DNA of 64,000 bases from Octopus sinensis (Eukaryota), in the NCBI RefSeq assembly GCF_006345805.1, contig NC_043000.1, positions 806,001 through 870,000 on the forward strand. Direction: 5' to 3'. This document shows positions 13,087 through 27,300 of the stretch, one piece after another. A program made the position numbers and the translations under genes. Every line of letters begins with the position of its first letter. Positions within the stretch are counted from its first letter, which is position 1. Below the pieces are notes generated by a model. It was not told where the DNA came from. It was given only the letters and a program-made list of their open reading frames with translations, and searched no databases.

Positions 13087-15297
13087 TATATATATATATA
13101 TACATATATATTGCTGTACGCACACATACATATGTGAGTATGTGTGCACTTGTATGTATGTATGTATGTATGTATATATGCATGGATGTAGGTGAAAATG
13201 TGAGACAGAGAAAGAGAGAAGGAGAAAATTAAATGACTATCGCATTGTATAATTAATATATTTTGTGTCTGTATCACTAAACATCTTCACACAAGCACAA
13301 TCACGTACTCATACATATTCATAAACACGCTTCTTTTTTCCTCCAAACATTTATACACACAAATTCAAACTAACGTTACTACATAGCTCTGGGAGCCAAC
13401 AAGAGAGTCTGTACATTTTCGCTGAGTATGTTAGAAATAGTAGCCAAATCTCCCTCAATTTATGCTCAATTGTCTTAGAAGACAAAATAAGCATATTGGA
13501 TATTGTAATCCCACAAAGTGTTAAAAAGATGGGATGGTCTTAGCTGGAATGTCATTCATTATGAATCTTACGTAATAGGATTGATCGAAGGAGTGGGGAT
13601 AAAAACACCAACAAAAACTTCACTAATGTGTGAAAATTTCCAAGTGTTAAAGACACAGTCGTGCTTACTCGTTTTAAGTTAGTACTGGGCGAGAAATTGA
13701 TAGGGTGGTCAGAGCGCTGAACAAAATGTTTTGTGATATTTGTCCTACCCCCACTACCTGAGATCAAACCCTGTCGAAGTCAACTTTTCTTTCATTGTTC
13801 TGAAGCTTTTATAATAAACTATCAGACAGGGCCGTGGACTAACGGAGCTGTTGGAGCGTCGAACGAGATATTTTGTGATATTCATTCCGGTTCTTTGAGT
13901 TATATAACACTCACCACCTAGCTAAACCGGGTGCAAATTGCAGATTTAACCTCTTACTGCCGCTGGTACTCATTTTTGTCAGTATGAACTGGAGCAACAG
14001 AATTAAGTGTTTTCATCAAGGACCCAACGTCCGCGCTCCCCGGTTTTGGAATTAAAACTGCGAGCTCCTGGTCATGAGCCTAACACTCTAACAATTAAAC
14101 AACACTGCTTCACAATATATGTGTATTTATGTGAGTATGAGTATTACCAACGAAAGAGGAAAACAGTGACCAATTAGTGGTTAGAGATATTGTTTATTTA
14201 AACTAGTGTTTCCTTAGCGACTAGATTTTCATATCATGAAGATCGTCAGGCGAACTATTTTGTTAATAATATTTTGAGCTGGTTTTAATATACATTCGAG
14301 TGGGCTAATCCTGATTTTATTTAGATCGGATTGTCCTAAATTAAGTTGTTGATTTCGTATTCTTAACTTGTTTAAATGAAATTGTTTATGTATCCCATTT
14401 CATATTTGTTGTCACATCGTTACTCGCTAAATCATATCCTAATTTGTTTAAGATGTTTACATATTTATCGTTCTTGTTCTTGCAAGACTTCTTAGTTCTC
14501 CTTTATGTCTCCTTAGTTCTCATGTCGATTATGTCAACATAACCTGTTTTACTAAAGCAGTTCACGATCGCTAAACAAGCTACTTTAGTAAAACAAGATG
14601 TGATGATTTAATCGACAAGGAGCTCAACCGAACCGACCAAGGAAAAAAGATGAGCTAATAAAGATTTTTTAGAAAAACAAAACGACGATCGACTATCGGA
14701 AGCGACTGTCATGCAGACGCAGGAAAAAATATTGAACTGGTCACTGAAAATTTTATTTAAATAACAGATAATTATTAAATCGAAAATCGAAGTGAGTGCA
14801 ACGACCGACTTCACTAATAAAAGGGATAATATAAAACTGAGTTTAAAAAATGCAAACAGGAACTACAAACAAATGACAAACAGGATGTAACAACGAATCT
14901 GTACAATGGAGCCATTACTAGTAACAAATTAGCAAATGAAACGATGGCAACCATATGCAACATCTAAATAAATCAACATTTAGAAAACGGCTAGCAGAAA
15001 TTATAACCACAATCAAGGTAATGAATACAAATGAATATAAAACTAACCCGAAAAACTAAAAGAGGTTCACCTCATATATTAGCGTGTAATTCGAGTGTTG
15101 AGAAAAAAGTCAGCTTAAGTACACTTTACTCAGCCATGTGTGCATGAGCGTGTTTGAGTGTGAGTGAGTGTGTGTCTGCATGTGTGCCTGTGCTTGTCTA
15201 TCTACCTCTCTCTCTCTACGTATATGGGTGTGTGCGGGAGAGAGAGAGAGAGAGAGAGAGAGAGTATGTGTGCTTATATATACATACACACATATAT

Positions 15298-15900
15298 ATC
15301 CTTAAATCCTTAAATCCTTAAAAATGTTTTAGCCCGAAGGCCGCGGCCATGCTGGGGCACCACCGCTGAATGAGCTATACTAATATGTGAATCCACCTCT
15401 GATACGTGGCACTTGATCAACAAGGGAGTTCGATGCTGCTGCCCGCATCTGCGTCTCCTGTCGTGAGGTAGGTTCATCTGGGACTCCCGACAAGAAGAGA
15501 TCCAGTTTAGTTTTAAAGAAACCCACATCCACACCATGTAAGTCTCTCAAGCATTTAGGGAGGATGTTAAAGAGCTGTGGTCCTCTGAAACCCAAGCCGT
15601 TGCAGTATCTGGTCCTGTATTTTGATGGTGATGTTGGAATCTTTGGCACCATGCAGTGGCGCCCCGTTCTGCGGTTGGAGTAACTTTGAATGCCAAAGTT
15701 TGGGACAAGACCCTCCAGGATTTTCCAGATGTATATCACCGCATATCTCTCCCGCCTCCGCTCTAGGGAGAAGAGGTTTAATACTTTCAGATTTTCCCAG
15801 TAGCTGATATTTTGCATTGAGACGATCTTCTTTGTGTAGTTTCTCTGAATTGCTTCGAGTTCTGCTGTTAGTTTTATATTGTGTGGTGACCATAGTTGGT
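15298..15900 (-). mobile_element. 3' fragment of a second CR1/L2-group LINE, with (TTTAAGGA)n tail
   Basis: WSPH...LEAIQRNYTK..ISYWENLKVLNLFSLERRRERYAVIYIWKILEGLVPN; 3' UTR hairpin and repeated tail. Confidence 0.9.
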
Positions 15901-15950
15901 TATATACATAACCACATGTGAATCTTTGGCGACTTTTCTTTTGGACTTCT

Positions 15951-15986
15951 GTTTCTGAAGAAGAATTTTGCCTCGAAACGTAAAAC
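15951..15986 (+). ncRNA. Minimal type I hammerhead ribozyme motif in a Penelope-type terminus
   Basis: gttt CTGAAGA agaattttgcctc GAAAC GTA aaac: stem I gttt/aaac, palindromic ACGT stem III. Downstream sequence resembles the Penelope terminus at 60180-60300. Confidence 0.65.
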
Positions 15987-16113
15987 TACCTATCTTTCCT
16001 TCCCTGAGCATCTGCTAATACTTTGCATGTACCACGTCCTCGCGTTGATTTTTCTCTTGTTTGTTCTGCGTATTTTGGGGATTTACTATATATATAATAT
16101 ACATACATACATA

Positions 16114-16155
<42 letters not shown>

Positions 16156-16215
16156 TAATATATATATATATATATAATACTATACATATATATATATATA
16201 CATATATATGTATTA

Positions 16216-16555
16216 GAAGGCGCATGGCTCAGTGGTTAGAGCGTCGAGCTTACGATCGTGAGATTGTGAGCTCGAATCCCGGACCGGGCTGCGTGTTGTG
16301 TTCTCGAGCAAGCACTTTATTTCATGTTGCTCCAGTTCATTCAGCTGTAGAAATGAGTTGCGGCGTCACTGGTGCCAAGCTGTATCGACCTTTTCTTTCC
16401 CTGGATAACACTGGTGGTGTGGAGAGGGGAGGCTGGTATGCATGGGCGACTGCTGGCCTTCCATAAACAACCTTGCCCGGACTTGTGTCTAGGAGGGTAA
16501 CTTTCTAGGTGCAATCCCATGGTCATTCATGACCGAAGGGGGTCTTTACTCTTTA
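16216..16555 (+). mobile_element. tRNA-derived SINE, family A (full length)
   Basis: A and B boxes, conserved body, tail ...gaccgaagggggtctttac. Confidence 0.9.
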
Positions 16556-16939
16556 TATATATATATATACGACAAGATTCTTCTGGTTTCCGTGGTCAGC
16601 CCGAGGCTATAGGAGAAGACACTTGCCCAACGTACCGCGCAATGGGACTGGACCCAGAACTATGTGGTTGGTAAGCAAGCTACTTACCACACAGCCACTC
16701 CTGTGCCTGTATATATATATATATAGCGAAAGAAAGAAAAAGTGAGGAGGAGAGTCAAAATAAGAAAGAGAATGGGGAGATTGACAGGTAGACTCTTATA
16801 GATAGCTATTTTTAAAATAAGACATCATAGTAAGATTACAGGAAAAGTCAAATTTCCTTCGACGTTCGATACTTTTTTCGGATTTCTATTTTTTGGTGAC
16901 ATATGTCAGCAAAGAATATTGGTCTATTTCTTTCATATC

Positions 16940-17325
16940 TACTTCGCTATCTCTTTCTCTCTCTTTCCCTCTCTCCCTCTCTCCCTCTCCCTCTTTCTCT
17001 CCCATTCTCTCTCACTCTTCCACTCTCTCTTTCTCACTCTCTCGTTCTACCAATCTATCTTCCTGTATCTATCTCCCTTTCTCTTCCTCCTTCTCTCTTC
17101 CTCCTTCTCTCTTCTTCCTTGTCTCAGCGTTTCTTGCCTCCATGTCCATAACATTCCCTTAGTTCTAAGCTTTCAACTTCTTCTCTCTTCCTTTCTCTTA
17201 CTTTGTCTTCCTATCTCTTTTACTTTCGTGTTCTCTCTTATTTTCTATTTCGCTCCCTTCTTTACTCTCTCTCTCTCTCTCTTTGTCTCTCTCTCTTTGT
17301 CTCTCTCTCTTTCTCTCTCTCTCTT

Positions 17326-17362
<37 letters not shown>

Positions 17363-17520
17363 CCATCTGTCTTTCTATCCAGCTATCTATCTATCTTATT
17401 TCTTATCTTTTATCTTTCCCTTCTTCCCCTTTTGTATTCCCTTTCTCACTTTTCTCTTTCTCACATCATTTCCCCCTCTATTCTCTTTTCTTCACTCTAT
17501 CACTTTCACACTCAGTCACT
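16940..17520 (+). repeat. CT-rich polypyrimidine/(CT)n tract
   Basis: Directly visible. Confidence 0.9.
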
Positions 17521-17686
17521 ACATAATTCGTTGTACACAACTTATTAGACAACCTGTATTTCTAACTCTGTCTGTCCACTGACATTTCATCTGTGTCAAC
17601 CTAACCTGACAGTAAACTACTTAGTCTATCTTAACTAATTTCGCTTACTATTTTCTCTCTCCTAATTCACACATATAAGCTATATA

Positions 17687-17730
<44 letters not shown>

Positions 17731-17806
17731 TTATTATTATTATTATTATTATTAAAAATAATAATAATAGAAGAGACGGAATATAAAAGATATGAGAATG
17801 TTTATT

Positions 17807-17914
17807 GATCACTACAATTGTTTCGAGCCATCTAGCATCAATCCCACACGGCTGGGATATTGATCGACTGGTTTAGGAGTATCTTTCGGTTTAGACGTGT
17901 CTCTTCGGGTGATT
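17807..17914 (-). ncRNA. Type I hammerhead-like motif with extended stem II
   Basis: atcac CCGAAGA gacacgtcta...tagatggctc GAAAC AATT GTA gtgat, followed by AATAAA. Confidence 0.65.
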
Positions 17915-18751
17915 ACAAAGTATATCGCGTTAAAATAACGTCTGTTTCACAAGATTTTTCTTTACTCAAATATCTAACGAACACTATGAAAGTAAACGTT
18001 CTTTACCGGTATGCTACCAAGTGTATACCATACGATTTATTATCTCATATACATATATATACAGATAAACGTTATCGACCGTACATACTTTATGTATGTT
18101 TCGCTTCTTCGTCGTTTTACTGTGGCATCGCGATTTGGAGACGACTCCCTCATAGCACTAAGTATTAAAATACCTGAAAATCATAGACAGATGAGACAAC
18201 TCTCCGTCAGTCCCGACCAAGAATGATGGATATCGATATTCTGTCAAGTGTTGTGATAGAGTAGACGCCAAAGTGATATTACTGCAGCGAACAAGCAGTA
18301 CACACACACACACACACACTGAGTATGAGTGCTCGATAATGTCCGCAACCCTTGCAGCGTTTAAATTTCTTTCCTCACTGACGATATATCTGTTCGTGCG
18401 TGTGGGTAATGTGTACATGTAACTAGATATATATATAGATATATCTATATATATATATATTATCATAAAATAATAATAATAATATAATAATAATAATAGT
18501 AATAATAATAGGGGATATACTCCAAACTTACAGGGAAAAATTCATTTAGTATAAATCAAATTTCACAATATAAATATATAATATATATAATAGAGAAAAA
18601 CCACTATTATGCAATTCAAACAATGATAGACATAAACCAAATCATAAATAGTGGTTTTTCTCTAATTTATATATATATATATATATAAAATTAACAGAAT
18701 GAGATAAAAATCCAAGGCTGTGAAAGATTTCAGAACATTTATAAAGAGAAG

Positions 18752-18798
18752 GTCTTACAACTGTTTCCGGGATATTTTTATATCCCTTCATCGAAGAC
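18752..18798 (-). ncRNA. Degenerate hammerhead motif
   Basis: gtct TCGATGA a GGGATAT aaaa ATATCCC g GAAAC AGTT GTA agac; the first two core bases are altered. Confidence 0.5.
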
Positions 18799-19029
18799 GG
18801 TGCGAGAAAATGGTTAAGCAATAGTTATTCCAGAGAAGATATGGAATAGGGAGTGAAGTGGACACATTAGAATTTTAATACTAAATGGTGGAATGAAGAT
18901 GCTTTGTTACATATCACTGTATCGTTATCTGCTGGTAATTACTCTGGATATCCTTCTTACTTATCTTGATTTTAATCACCTTACTTTGAAATTGTATGGA
19001 TAATACCGTACTAAATTCTAGCACCTCAA

Positions 19030-19239
19030 CTTAAGAGACTACAGCATTACAACCAGCCAGGAACAGTCTTCGCTACATTTGCGGTACCTGCCAGAGGGAG
19101 TGTTTGTCCAGGATAGGACTACACAGCCACAGGATGAAATGTATCAGGACATGAAATATAAAAGCCGGACTAGACTACTTTATGCGCAACTCCATTGTCT
19201 CCCGAGATAGAAAGGATGCCAACCAACCAACCAACCAAC
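19030..19239 (+). mobile_element. RTE-clade LINE 3' end
   Basis: YICGTCQRECLSRIGLHSHRMKC C-terminal zinc-finger-like motif (19071-19154), short 3' UTR ccattgtctcccgagatagaaaggatg, (CCAA)n tail. Confidence 0.8.
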
Positions 19240-19777
19240 TTAAGTACCATATTCATCTGAATCTAAATTTTTGCTGAAGTCATCTACCATACCCAAAGTA
19301 CATATATACACACACACACATACATAAATGCATATATACATACATGAACATACACACCTGCACACACAGATCCATTTAATTTTACCCATCATGACTAAAT
19401 CCAGGTTTTCAAACAAACATGCATTATATATATATTATACATATGTTTGTGTGTAACTGTACACGCACACACATACACACACAGAAGACAGAAAGGAATA
19501 GAAAGGGAGAAAGTGGAAGATAGAGTATTTTACATATTTTTCCTTCGAAATATTTATGAGATATTAAGTATCATTGGTAACATTTATTTATGGTTCAATG
19601 CTTAGAACTGGAGCTAAACTAGATGCGTGGTATTTACCAAAGTGTATGTTTGATGATATAATTTTACAAAGTTTAACTACAGTTTGATTCTAGTTTACAC
19701 TGTGTGTATACTATAAATATGTACCTATTCAATATACGTACATACGTACATTTATATACACAAATATACACACAACA

Positions 19778-19853
<76 letters not shown>

Positions 19854-20144
19854 CTACGATGATAGGTTCAAGGGAACATTATCAAGCTCTTTGGAATGTG
19901 TGTATGTGTGTGAGTGTGTGTGGCAGTGTGGAAAGAAACTTGCTCCAAATCACACACGCTCCAGGTTCAGTCTCACTGCGTGGAATATTCAGCAAGTGTC
20001 TTTTACTGTAGCCTCGGGCTGACCACAGCCTTGTGAGTGGATTTGGTAGACGGAAACAGTAAGAAACCGGTTGCATAATATAAATATATTATATATATAT
20101 ATAATAGCTAGATAGCTAGATAGATATGTGTGTAGGTGTGTGCG

Positions 20145-20215
<71 letters not shown>

Positions 20216-20244
20216 TATATATATATTATATTATATATATATAT

Positions 20245-20502
20245 ATGTAAATGGTTGGCAACTAAGTTCCCGCCGTTTTTTAATTAAAATTTTTTAAAGG
20301 TTTAATAAAAAAAAATAACACTAATAATCATAATGTATTCACCCTATGTTGTTTACCAACTTCTTCCACATTCAACAAGAAATTCAAAAAAAATACCTAC
20401 GTTGGTAGAATTCAGCCGATTTCGACTCAAAAAATTGATCCAACCAAGCTCTCAATTCTGCATCAGTATTGAACGAAACTCCGCGCATAGCATTCGAAAA
20501 CA
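20245..20502 (-). mobile_element. mariner transposase C-terminal remnant plus TIR
   Basis: Minus strand FSNAMRGVSFNTDAELRAWLDQFFESKSAEFYQR...GEYI; TIR-like ggttggcaactaagttcccgccg. Confidence 0.8.
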
Positions 20503-20802
20503 TTTGGAGGTTTGGATAATTTCCCTTTGGAAACATGGGTGGTTCGTGGAGCATTCTTAAACAATCTTTATTTAGGGACCTTTTGAGCGGGATGGGCTAC
20601 TCGACCAGAAGAAAATTCTAACAGGGCCCCACCTGCAAGGTCATGCGCTGTTTATCTTGATATGAAATCACCATGTCGCGCACATATGGTTGTGATACAT
20701 GTGCCTGGTGTACCCTTATCAGACGGGTAGTCATGATGGGTATACTAGGCTTCGTATATTTTACCCCAGTGTCAATTTGATGGCATGCACTCTCTCTCTC
20801 TC
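20503..20802 (+). mobile_element. Family D, copy 3
   Basis: Homology to the other copies; (AAT)n tail. Confidence 0.85.
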
Positions 20803-20841
<39 letters not shown>

Positions 20842-20844
20842 TAA

Positions 20845-20918
<74 letters not shown>

Positions 20919-21444
20919 GAAGAAGAAGAAGAAGAATCCTTTCTAGTAAAGGCACAAGACATGATATTTTTGTTGGGGTGAGGACTAGTCGATTACATCG
21001 ACCCCAGCGTTCCACTGTTACTTAATTTATAGACCCCGTAAAGAAGAAAAGCAAAGTCGACGCCGGCAGAATTTGAACTCAGAACGTAAAGACGGACGAA
21101 ATTCTGCTAAGCCTCGCTACTCTCTGTATAAACATAAAACTCTCTTAAATTATCTTTCTCCCGTCTTAAGTATTCATTTATAAGAGAATATTATAATTGG
21201 ATCGTAAATAATCTCTCAAATATGTGTTGTTTTAGTGATTCTTAAGATATTTGGTTGTCATACATTTAATCCCTTTTATTTTCTTTCACTAATATGACCT
21301 GAAATCAGTTTATTTGAACATTTTGACCTCGAATGATATTGAGATGCAATAAAGAACGGAGTCGGCCACATCTAACGTTGAAATCTAATACTACACCAAC
21401 ATTGTACATTATATAATGTATGCATGTATATATATATATATATA

Positions 21445-21477
<33 letters not shown>

Positions 21478-21659
21478 TTCTATACATATTGTATATGTTG
21501 TATGTATTATAATAGCCATGCACGGACACCACACAAACACGCGCACGCACACACTCATACACACATACATATACATATACATGCATATACATATACATGC
21601 GCACATATATATATACATACACATGTGTGTGTATGTATATAACCATACATATATCTATT

Positions 21660-21706
<47 letters not shown>

Positions 21707-21743
21707 GTCTGTCTGTCTGTCAGTCTGTCTATCTATCTATCTA

Positions 21744-21776
<33 letters not shown>

Positions 21777-22365
21777 GTCTATCTCTGAACAGTGTGCTAA
21801 TGTGAGTTCAATCTATGTTTTGTACTTGTAAGTGTTCAGCAAAATGTATACCAGTAATTTATACGAGTGACATATATATATAAGTCTCCACTTCTCGTTT
21901 CCGGTTCAACCAACCCGTATCAGCCCTTTATTTCTGTATCAACCTGTATCAGCGCCCTTTATTTCCAATCCTTCAGGATTTCCCTCTAAGCTTTACCCAT
22001 GTTTCATCATCATCTGGCTTAAATGCTGCATTCTTTTTGTTTTTGTTTTATTTTTATCTTGTCTTTGTCCTTCTTTTTTCGTCTTGAATTACATTTATTC
22101 ACTTCTGTATCACTTATCATCCATGTACTGTTTGTTTGTGCACGGTCCAATATTCTCAGCAACTTTTGCAGCTGCCTCCAGCTGGGAAACGATCTAATCG
22201 TTAAAGGCACGAAATTGCGTCAAACCCCCTTTTCGATATCTGATGGGGACCTTTTGTGCCTGTTTTCCGTTCGTCTGTGCATTTTCTATCATTTTCTTCA
22301 CTTATCAATAAGAAGACCAACGCACTCTAGCTTATACATATGTATATGTATATATATATATAATA

Positions 22366-22399
<34 letters not shown>

Positions 22400-22688
22400 A
22401 TTATATATAATATATACATATATATTATCAATAATATAAAGAGTGAAATTAATTAATCATTATAATTAATAATTTTACCAAGTAGTTCGGTATGTTAAAA
22501 GACCCATTATCGGTAACCTTATACAAACATTCTATAATTATAACCATAATTATAATTAGGGTTCAGCAAAAATTGCTTCACCACATACCGAAATTTAGAA
22601 ATTGCAGTTAAATACTATTCCACTACCATAAGATATCTCCCAGATATATATATATATATGTATGTATGTCTGTATGTGTGTACGCATG

Positions 22689-22720
<32 letters not shown>

Positions 22721-23090
22721 TGTATGTATGTATGTATGTATGTATGTATGTATGTATGTATATATGGTTTTATGCATGTATACGTGGGCCACAATGTAAA
22801 AACGCATCTCTTGATGCTTGTCTGATGAACTTCAGCTACGGTGTAATGAACCCCACACACAGCAAGTATTCTTATGGCAGGGTCCGAGGTTATAGTTCTT
22901 TATTCTGAATTGTAAATCAGTGGTTGCGACCCTAATCAAACTGGTTCTTACACAGAGTGATATAGAAGACAATGCACAAATAAACCAAATTTATTCTAAT
23001 AAAGACAAAAGTATGTAATGACCAATATTTATACCTTGTCTTATACATAATGTATATACCCTGTCTTATACATTATCTATGCCCGGTCTT

Positions 23091-23128
<38 letters not shown>

Positions 23129-23209
23129 ACACACACACCTATGTATACATATGTATCTATATGCATGTATAAATATATATATATATATTCTCCTTCATTT
23201 TCATTTCAG

Positions 23210-23240
23210 ATACCAAAACTGTCATCAGACGAGATTGAAG
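23210..23240 (+). CDS. Calmodulin-like gene, 31-nt exon (equivalent to CaM exon 2)
   Basis: Acceptor tccttcattttcatttcAG and donor GTAAGA. Reads ATA CCA AAA CTG TCA TCA GAC GAG ATT GAA G = IPKLSSDEIE(E), versus CaM ADQLTEEQIA(E). Length 31 nt and phase 0/1 match the conserved calmodulin exon 2, and it joins the next exon in frame. Confidence 0.85.
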
Positions 23241-23326
23241 GTAAGAATTGATTCTTCACTTGCTTATACGTTTCTATTTCTCCTGTGTGATATGTATATG
23301 TATGCGTGCGCGGTAATATACCTATA

Positions 23327-23371
<45 letters not shown>

Positions 23372-23500
23372 TATACATATATACATGATATATATATATA
23401 TGAATATATATAATATATTCATATGTATATAAATATATATATATATGTGAATTATATGTATACATATACTTAGATATATATATATGAATATATATACATT

Positions 23501-23569
<69 letters not shown>

Positions 23570-25478
23570 CATATATATATACATTCATATATAATATATA
23601 CATATTTTTATATATGTATATGTATATATATATATGTATATATATATTCATATGATCTAGTTAGTTTCTCAAGGAAAGAAGATGAGAGTAACCTATTATG
23701 CAGGATGCAGACCTATGATTTATTCATTAAATCTGAATTTCTTTTATATTTGATTATTTATTATTGTTGTTGCTGATACGATATTCTGAAAAGGAAAATT
23801 CTATTATTACTTCTGTTTCTTTCATTTTATATACAATACAGTGACTTCTTCCTTTATTAAGTGCCTGCGTTCTTTATTTTGTGACTATTTGCAATAATAT
23901 TGGTTTTAAATTTTGCCTCAAGGACAGTAATTTTAAGTGATGACTAAATCGATTACTTCAATTCCAGTGCCTCACTGATGCTTATTTTATCATTCCCGAA
24001 AGAACGAAAGGCAACTAATGAAGTCAGTTATACAGTGCCGGATGTTCATAGACAATAGTGCACGATTTTGTATCTTTTCAGTTTGACTGCCTGTTTTCGA
24101 AAATTCAAAATTTATTGAAAATTTTGAAGTTTGATACATTAATGTAATTTTCCAAGCTGAATCTCAGGAGATATTTAACTTTTTCCAGGAAAATTGTTGA
24201 AAAGAGTTATAGAGGTTTAACTTTTGATCATTTTTACCCAATCAGAAAACAGGATTTGGATGATGTCATTTTGTGCGTGACAGGACATGTCGACTCTAAA
24301 CAAATGAAATACTGGCAGGATTCTGCTTTACTCACGCCATATAACCACTCATAATTAAAAAATTTTTTTTAGAATTTGCAGAAAATTTTTGCGAATCTGT
24401 ATTCTACACACTGGAATTCATACGATTATGCAAAAACCAAAATTTGGGGGTGCGTGATAAAGGGCCAATTTAGCTGTTATTTTTAGCACAGCTCAGCATC
24501 ACCCCAATGAATAGAATATATTTATCAACACGTGCTTACTTGCAGACGAAAAGAGTTCTCATGCTTGGCTTGTTACTATGGAAACAAGCATAAATGAGTC
24601 TGTGGCTTACGATTGGCTAAATTCACCCAAAATTGGCGAATTTTAAAAGCTATCAATCAATTCTTTATTTATGGCGAAAATGCATTTCAAGGCATTGATT
24701 AGAATATAAAGCTATATCATTACACCGAATATGAAATCAATTAGAACAGAAATTGAGGAGATTGGAAATTGGCAGCCAAAAAAATTCTGAATCTTTATCT
24801 ACATGAATCAGTACTGGCAGTCTTATTCCAGTAAAACATTTCTATGACTTTATTTTGGCCGGAGATGGTCGTTGTTTCCTAAAATGCAATTACCTTCAAT
24901 ATAAAATTTGTGATCACCTTGAATATAAAATATACAAGTGTACAGTTTAGTTCTTATAAAGTTCTTATGTAAATTTAACTGTATTTGTCTACGTATTTGT
25001 TTGTATATGTGTGTATGTATTTGCATAACTGAATTGTGTCGTAACAGAATTGTGTCTTAACAGAATTGTAAACATATCAATTTAATAAATTTATTAGCAA
25101 AAACTCTAGTAATTTGAGTCACTATTCCTTCTCTATGTGTTTATACACATACTCTTATGTGAGTATATATATAAATTGATTGGGGCGGGTTGAAAATGCA
25201 CCTGAGTTTTCAACGTGTTGTAGTTTTTAGATTTTGTAGCGAATTTATTAAAATATCAAAAGCGTATTTTTTGTTTTTCAATGGTAAATATAGGAAATTA
25301 GGAGTGACTGAAAGTACAGGGGAAAATTAAGAAACATTCTCAAAAAATTAAATGTTCATACAAATTCTAATATTTAATAAGATTCGCAAAGATACACAGT
25401 TATACAAGTTCAAATGCTCGATCAATCATACGTGAGATATATACATATACACACATACATATATACATACATACACAC

Positions 25479-25558
<80 letters not shown>

Positions 25559-25561
25559 TGG

Positions 25562-25897
25562 TGACCCCCTTCGGTCAGACACTGACCATGGGTTTGCACC
25601 TAGAGAGTTACCCTCCGAGGCACAAGTCTGGGCAAGGTTGTTTTATGGAAGACCACCAGTCGCCCATGCATACCGGCCTCCCCTCTCCACGTCACCGATG
25701 TTGTCCAAAGGAAAGGCAAAGGGGCCGATACAGCTTGGCACCTGTGACGTCGCAACTCATTTCTACAGCTGAGTGAACTGGAGCAACGTGAAATAAAGTG
25801 TCTTGCTCAAGAACACAACACGCAGCCCGGTCCGGGATTCGAGCTCACAACCTCACGATCGTAAGCTCGATGCTCTAACCACTGAGCCACGCGCCTT
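25562..25897 (-). mobile_element. tRNA-derived SINE, family A (full length)
   Basis: Reverse complement of 16216-16555. Confidence 0.9.
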
Positions 25898-25949
25898 CAG
25901 TTATAATGATAATCTATGGATGGAATTTATAAACATTTTAATGCAGCGC

Positions 25950-27300
25950 TACCAGCGTTTCCTCAAATCACGTTTCATCCGACCGTAGTTCATACTCCTG
26001 GGATGATTTACAGTACAATCTGTAACATCAATGGACATCAAGTAGATGTTATTTCATGCGTTCATTTCTTCGGCCAATATGGTATTAAAGTTGGAAGTAA
26101 CGAATGTGTAACTGAAGGATGTTTATCAATTTTCACCAATGGGGGTTCATTGGGTTTGTGGGCAGTCCTGTGTGCATTTGGTAGGGAAGAAGAGAAGAGA
26201 AAGGAATGATAATAATGAAGGAGAGGGTACAGTGTGTGGTGAAGCCAGATTTGTGTTGATATTTGTGAGTGCAAATGTTGGGATGGGTAGTGCAGGTTAT
26301 TGGTTTGACCTTAGTCAGAGCAGACACTCCTCAATAAATTCGGATTTTAGGGATTGGAAGCAAACTTTGTTTTGGTTCTGTGGTACATTGTCTGAGTTGA
26401 TAAATGATGTGTCCTTAATCGGCCCTTTTAATTTTTTCTGGCAGTACAGTGACATAGCATAGGAAAATAACTAGTTTTTTTAGTTTAGTTCGTTTATATG
26501 TTTTTCTCTTGTTCAGTTAATGTTTCTCTGTTTCATAACGTTCTATTCGAATTCTATGAAGGATATTCCGATCTTATGCTTTCATGGTACAATTACTTCA
26601 GAATGTTTATTAATTATGTGTTCCCTGGATGTGATGATGTCCAGGATCTGCTCTAGACATAAGTTACACACTGGTGATGTACTATTGTATGATCTATGGT
26701 TGTATGCTCCACTTTATTCTGTTTGAGCCTCCAGATGAGGTTAGAGAATGATGTACAGTGCCTTTTGTTTACATTGGAAAATTACGTAAGATGGTTGCGC
26801 AGACGATTTTTTATGGTGTCTCCGGTTCCACCAATGTACACACACATTTGTAAACTACGTTCTTTACTATGCAGTTGTTATTAAATTTACATTCATTTTT
26901 CCATCTGCAGTTACATGTTACATTATTTTTTCTGGTTCTGTAAACAGAGTTATTTTAGTTCTCACATTCCTTCTACCTCCTGCAATTGTGTTCTTAAAGT
27001 CTTCGAGTATGGATTGCACTGCCAATGGTATGGCGCTGTTTGGACCCGTTCCTGTTATGGAGACGCTTTTATTATTCATATTCGCAACCGTTCCTCGTTG
27101 TTTATTTTGTTTTGATCTGCGGTATATCCGTTATCCTTCTCTAATTTTATCTTATTAAGTTTTATGTTATTTAATTTGTGTATGTAATATTCTAAATTTT
27201 GCGATGTCGCATATGTTAATTTCACATAATGTCTATTGATGATTTTGTGATATTTGCTAGATTTAGGTAACTGCCTGTCTAGCTCTGAGCAGAATTCTTG
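25950..27300 (-). mobile_element. Decayed Penelope-like element (GIY-YIG endonuclease region)
   Basis: Minus strand near 26720-26870 reads VYIGGTGDTIKNRLRNHL...CTSFSNLIWRLK, a Penelope-type GIY-YIG; several stop codons. Confidence 0.75.

Noticed and set aside
16216-16290. Apparent tRNA genes (also 4109, 5928, 30041, 46306)
   Set aside because: They continue into shared SINE bodies and lack a proper acceptor stem; these are SINE heads.
24033-24816. Possible TIR element (cagtgccgg... / ...cagtactg)
   Set aside because: TIR match is weak and no TSD was found.
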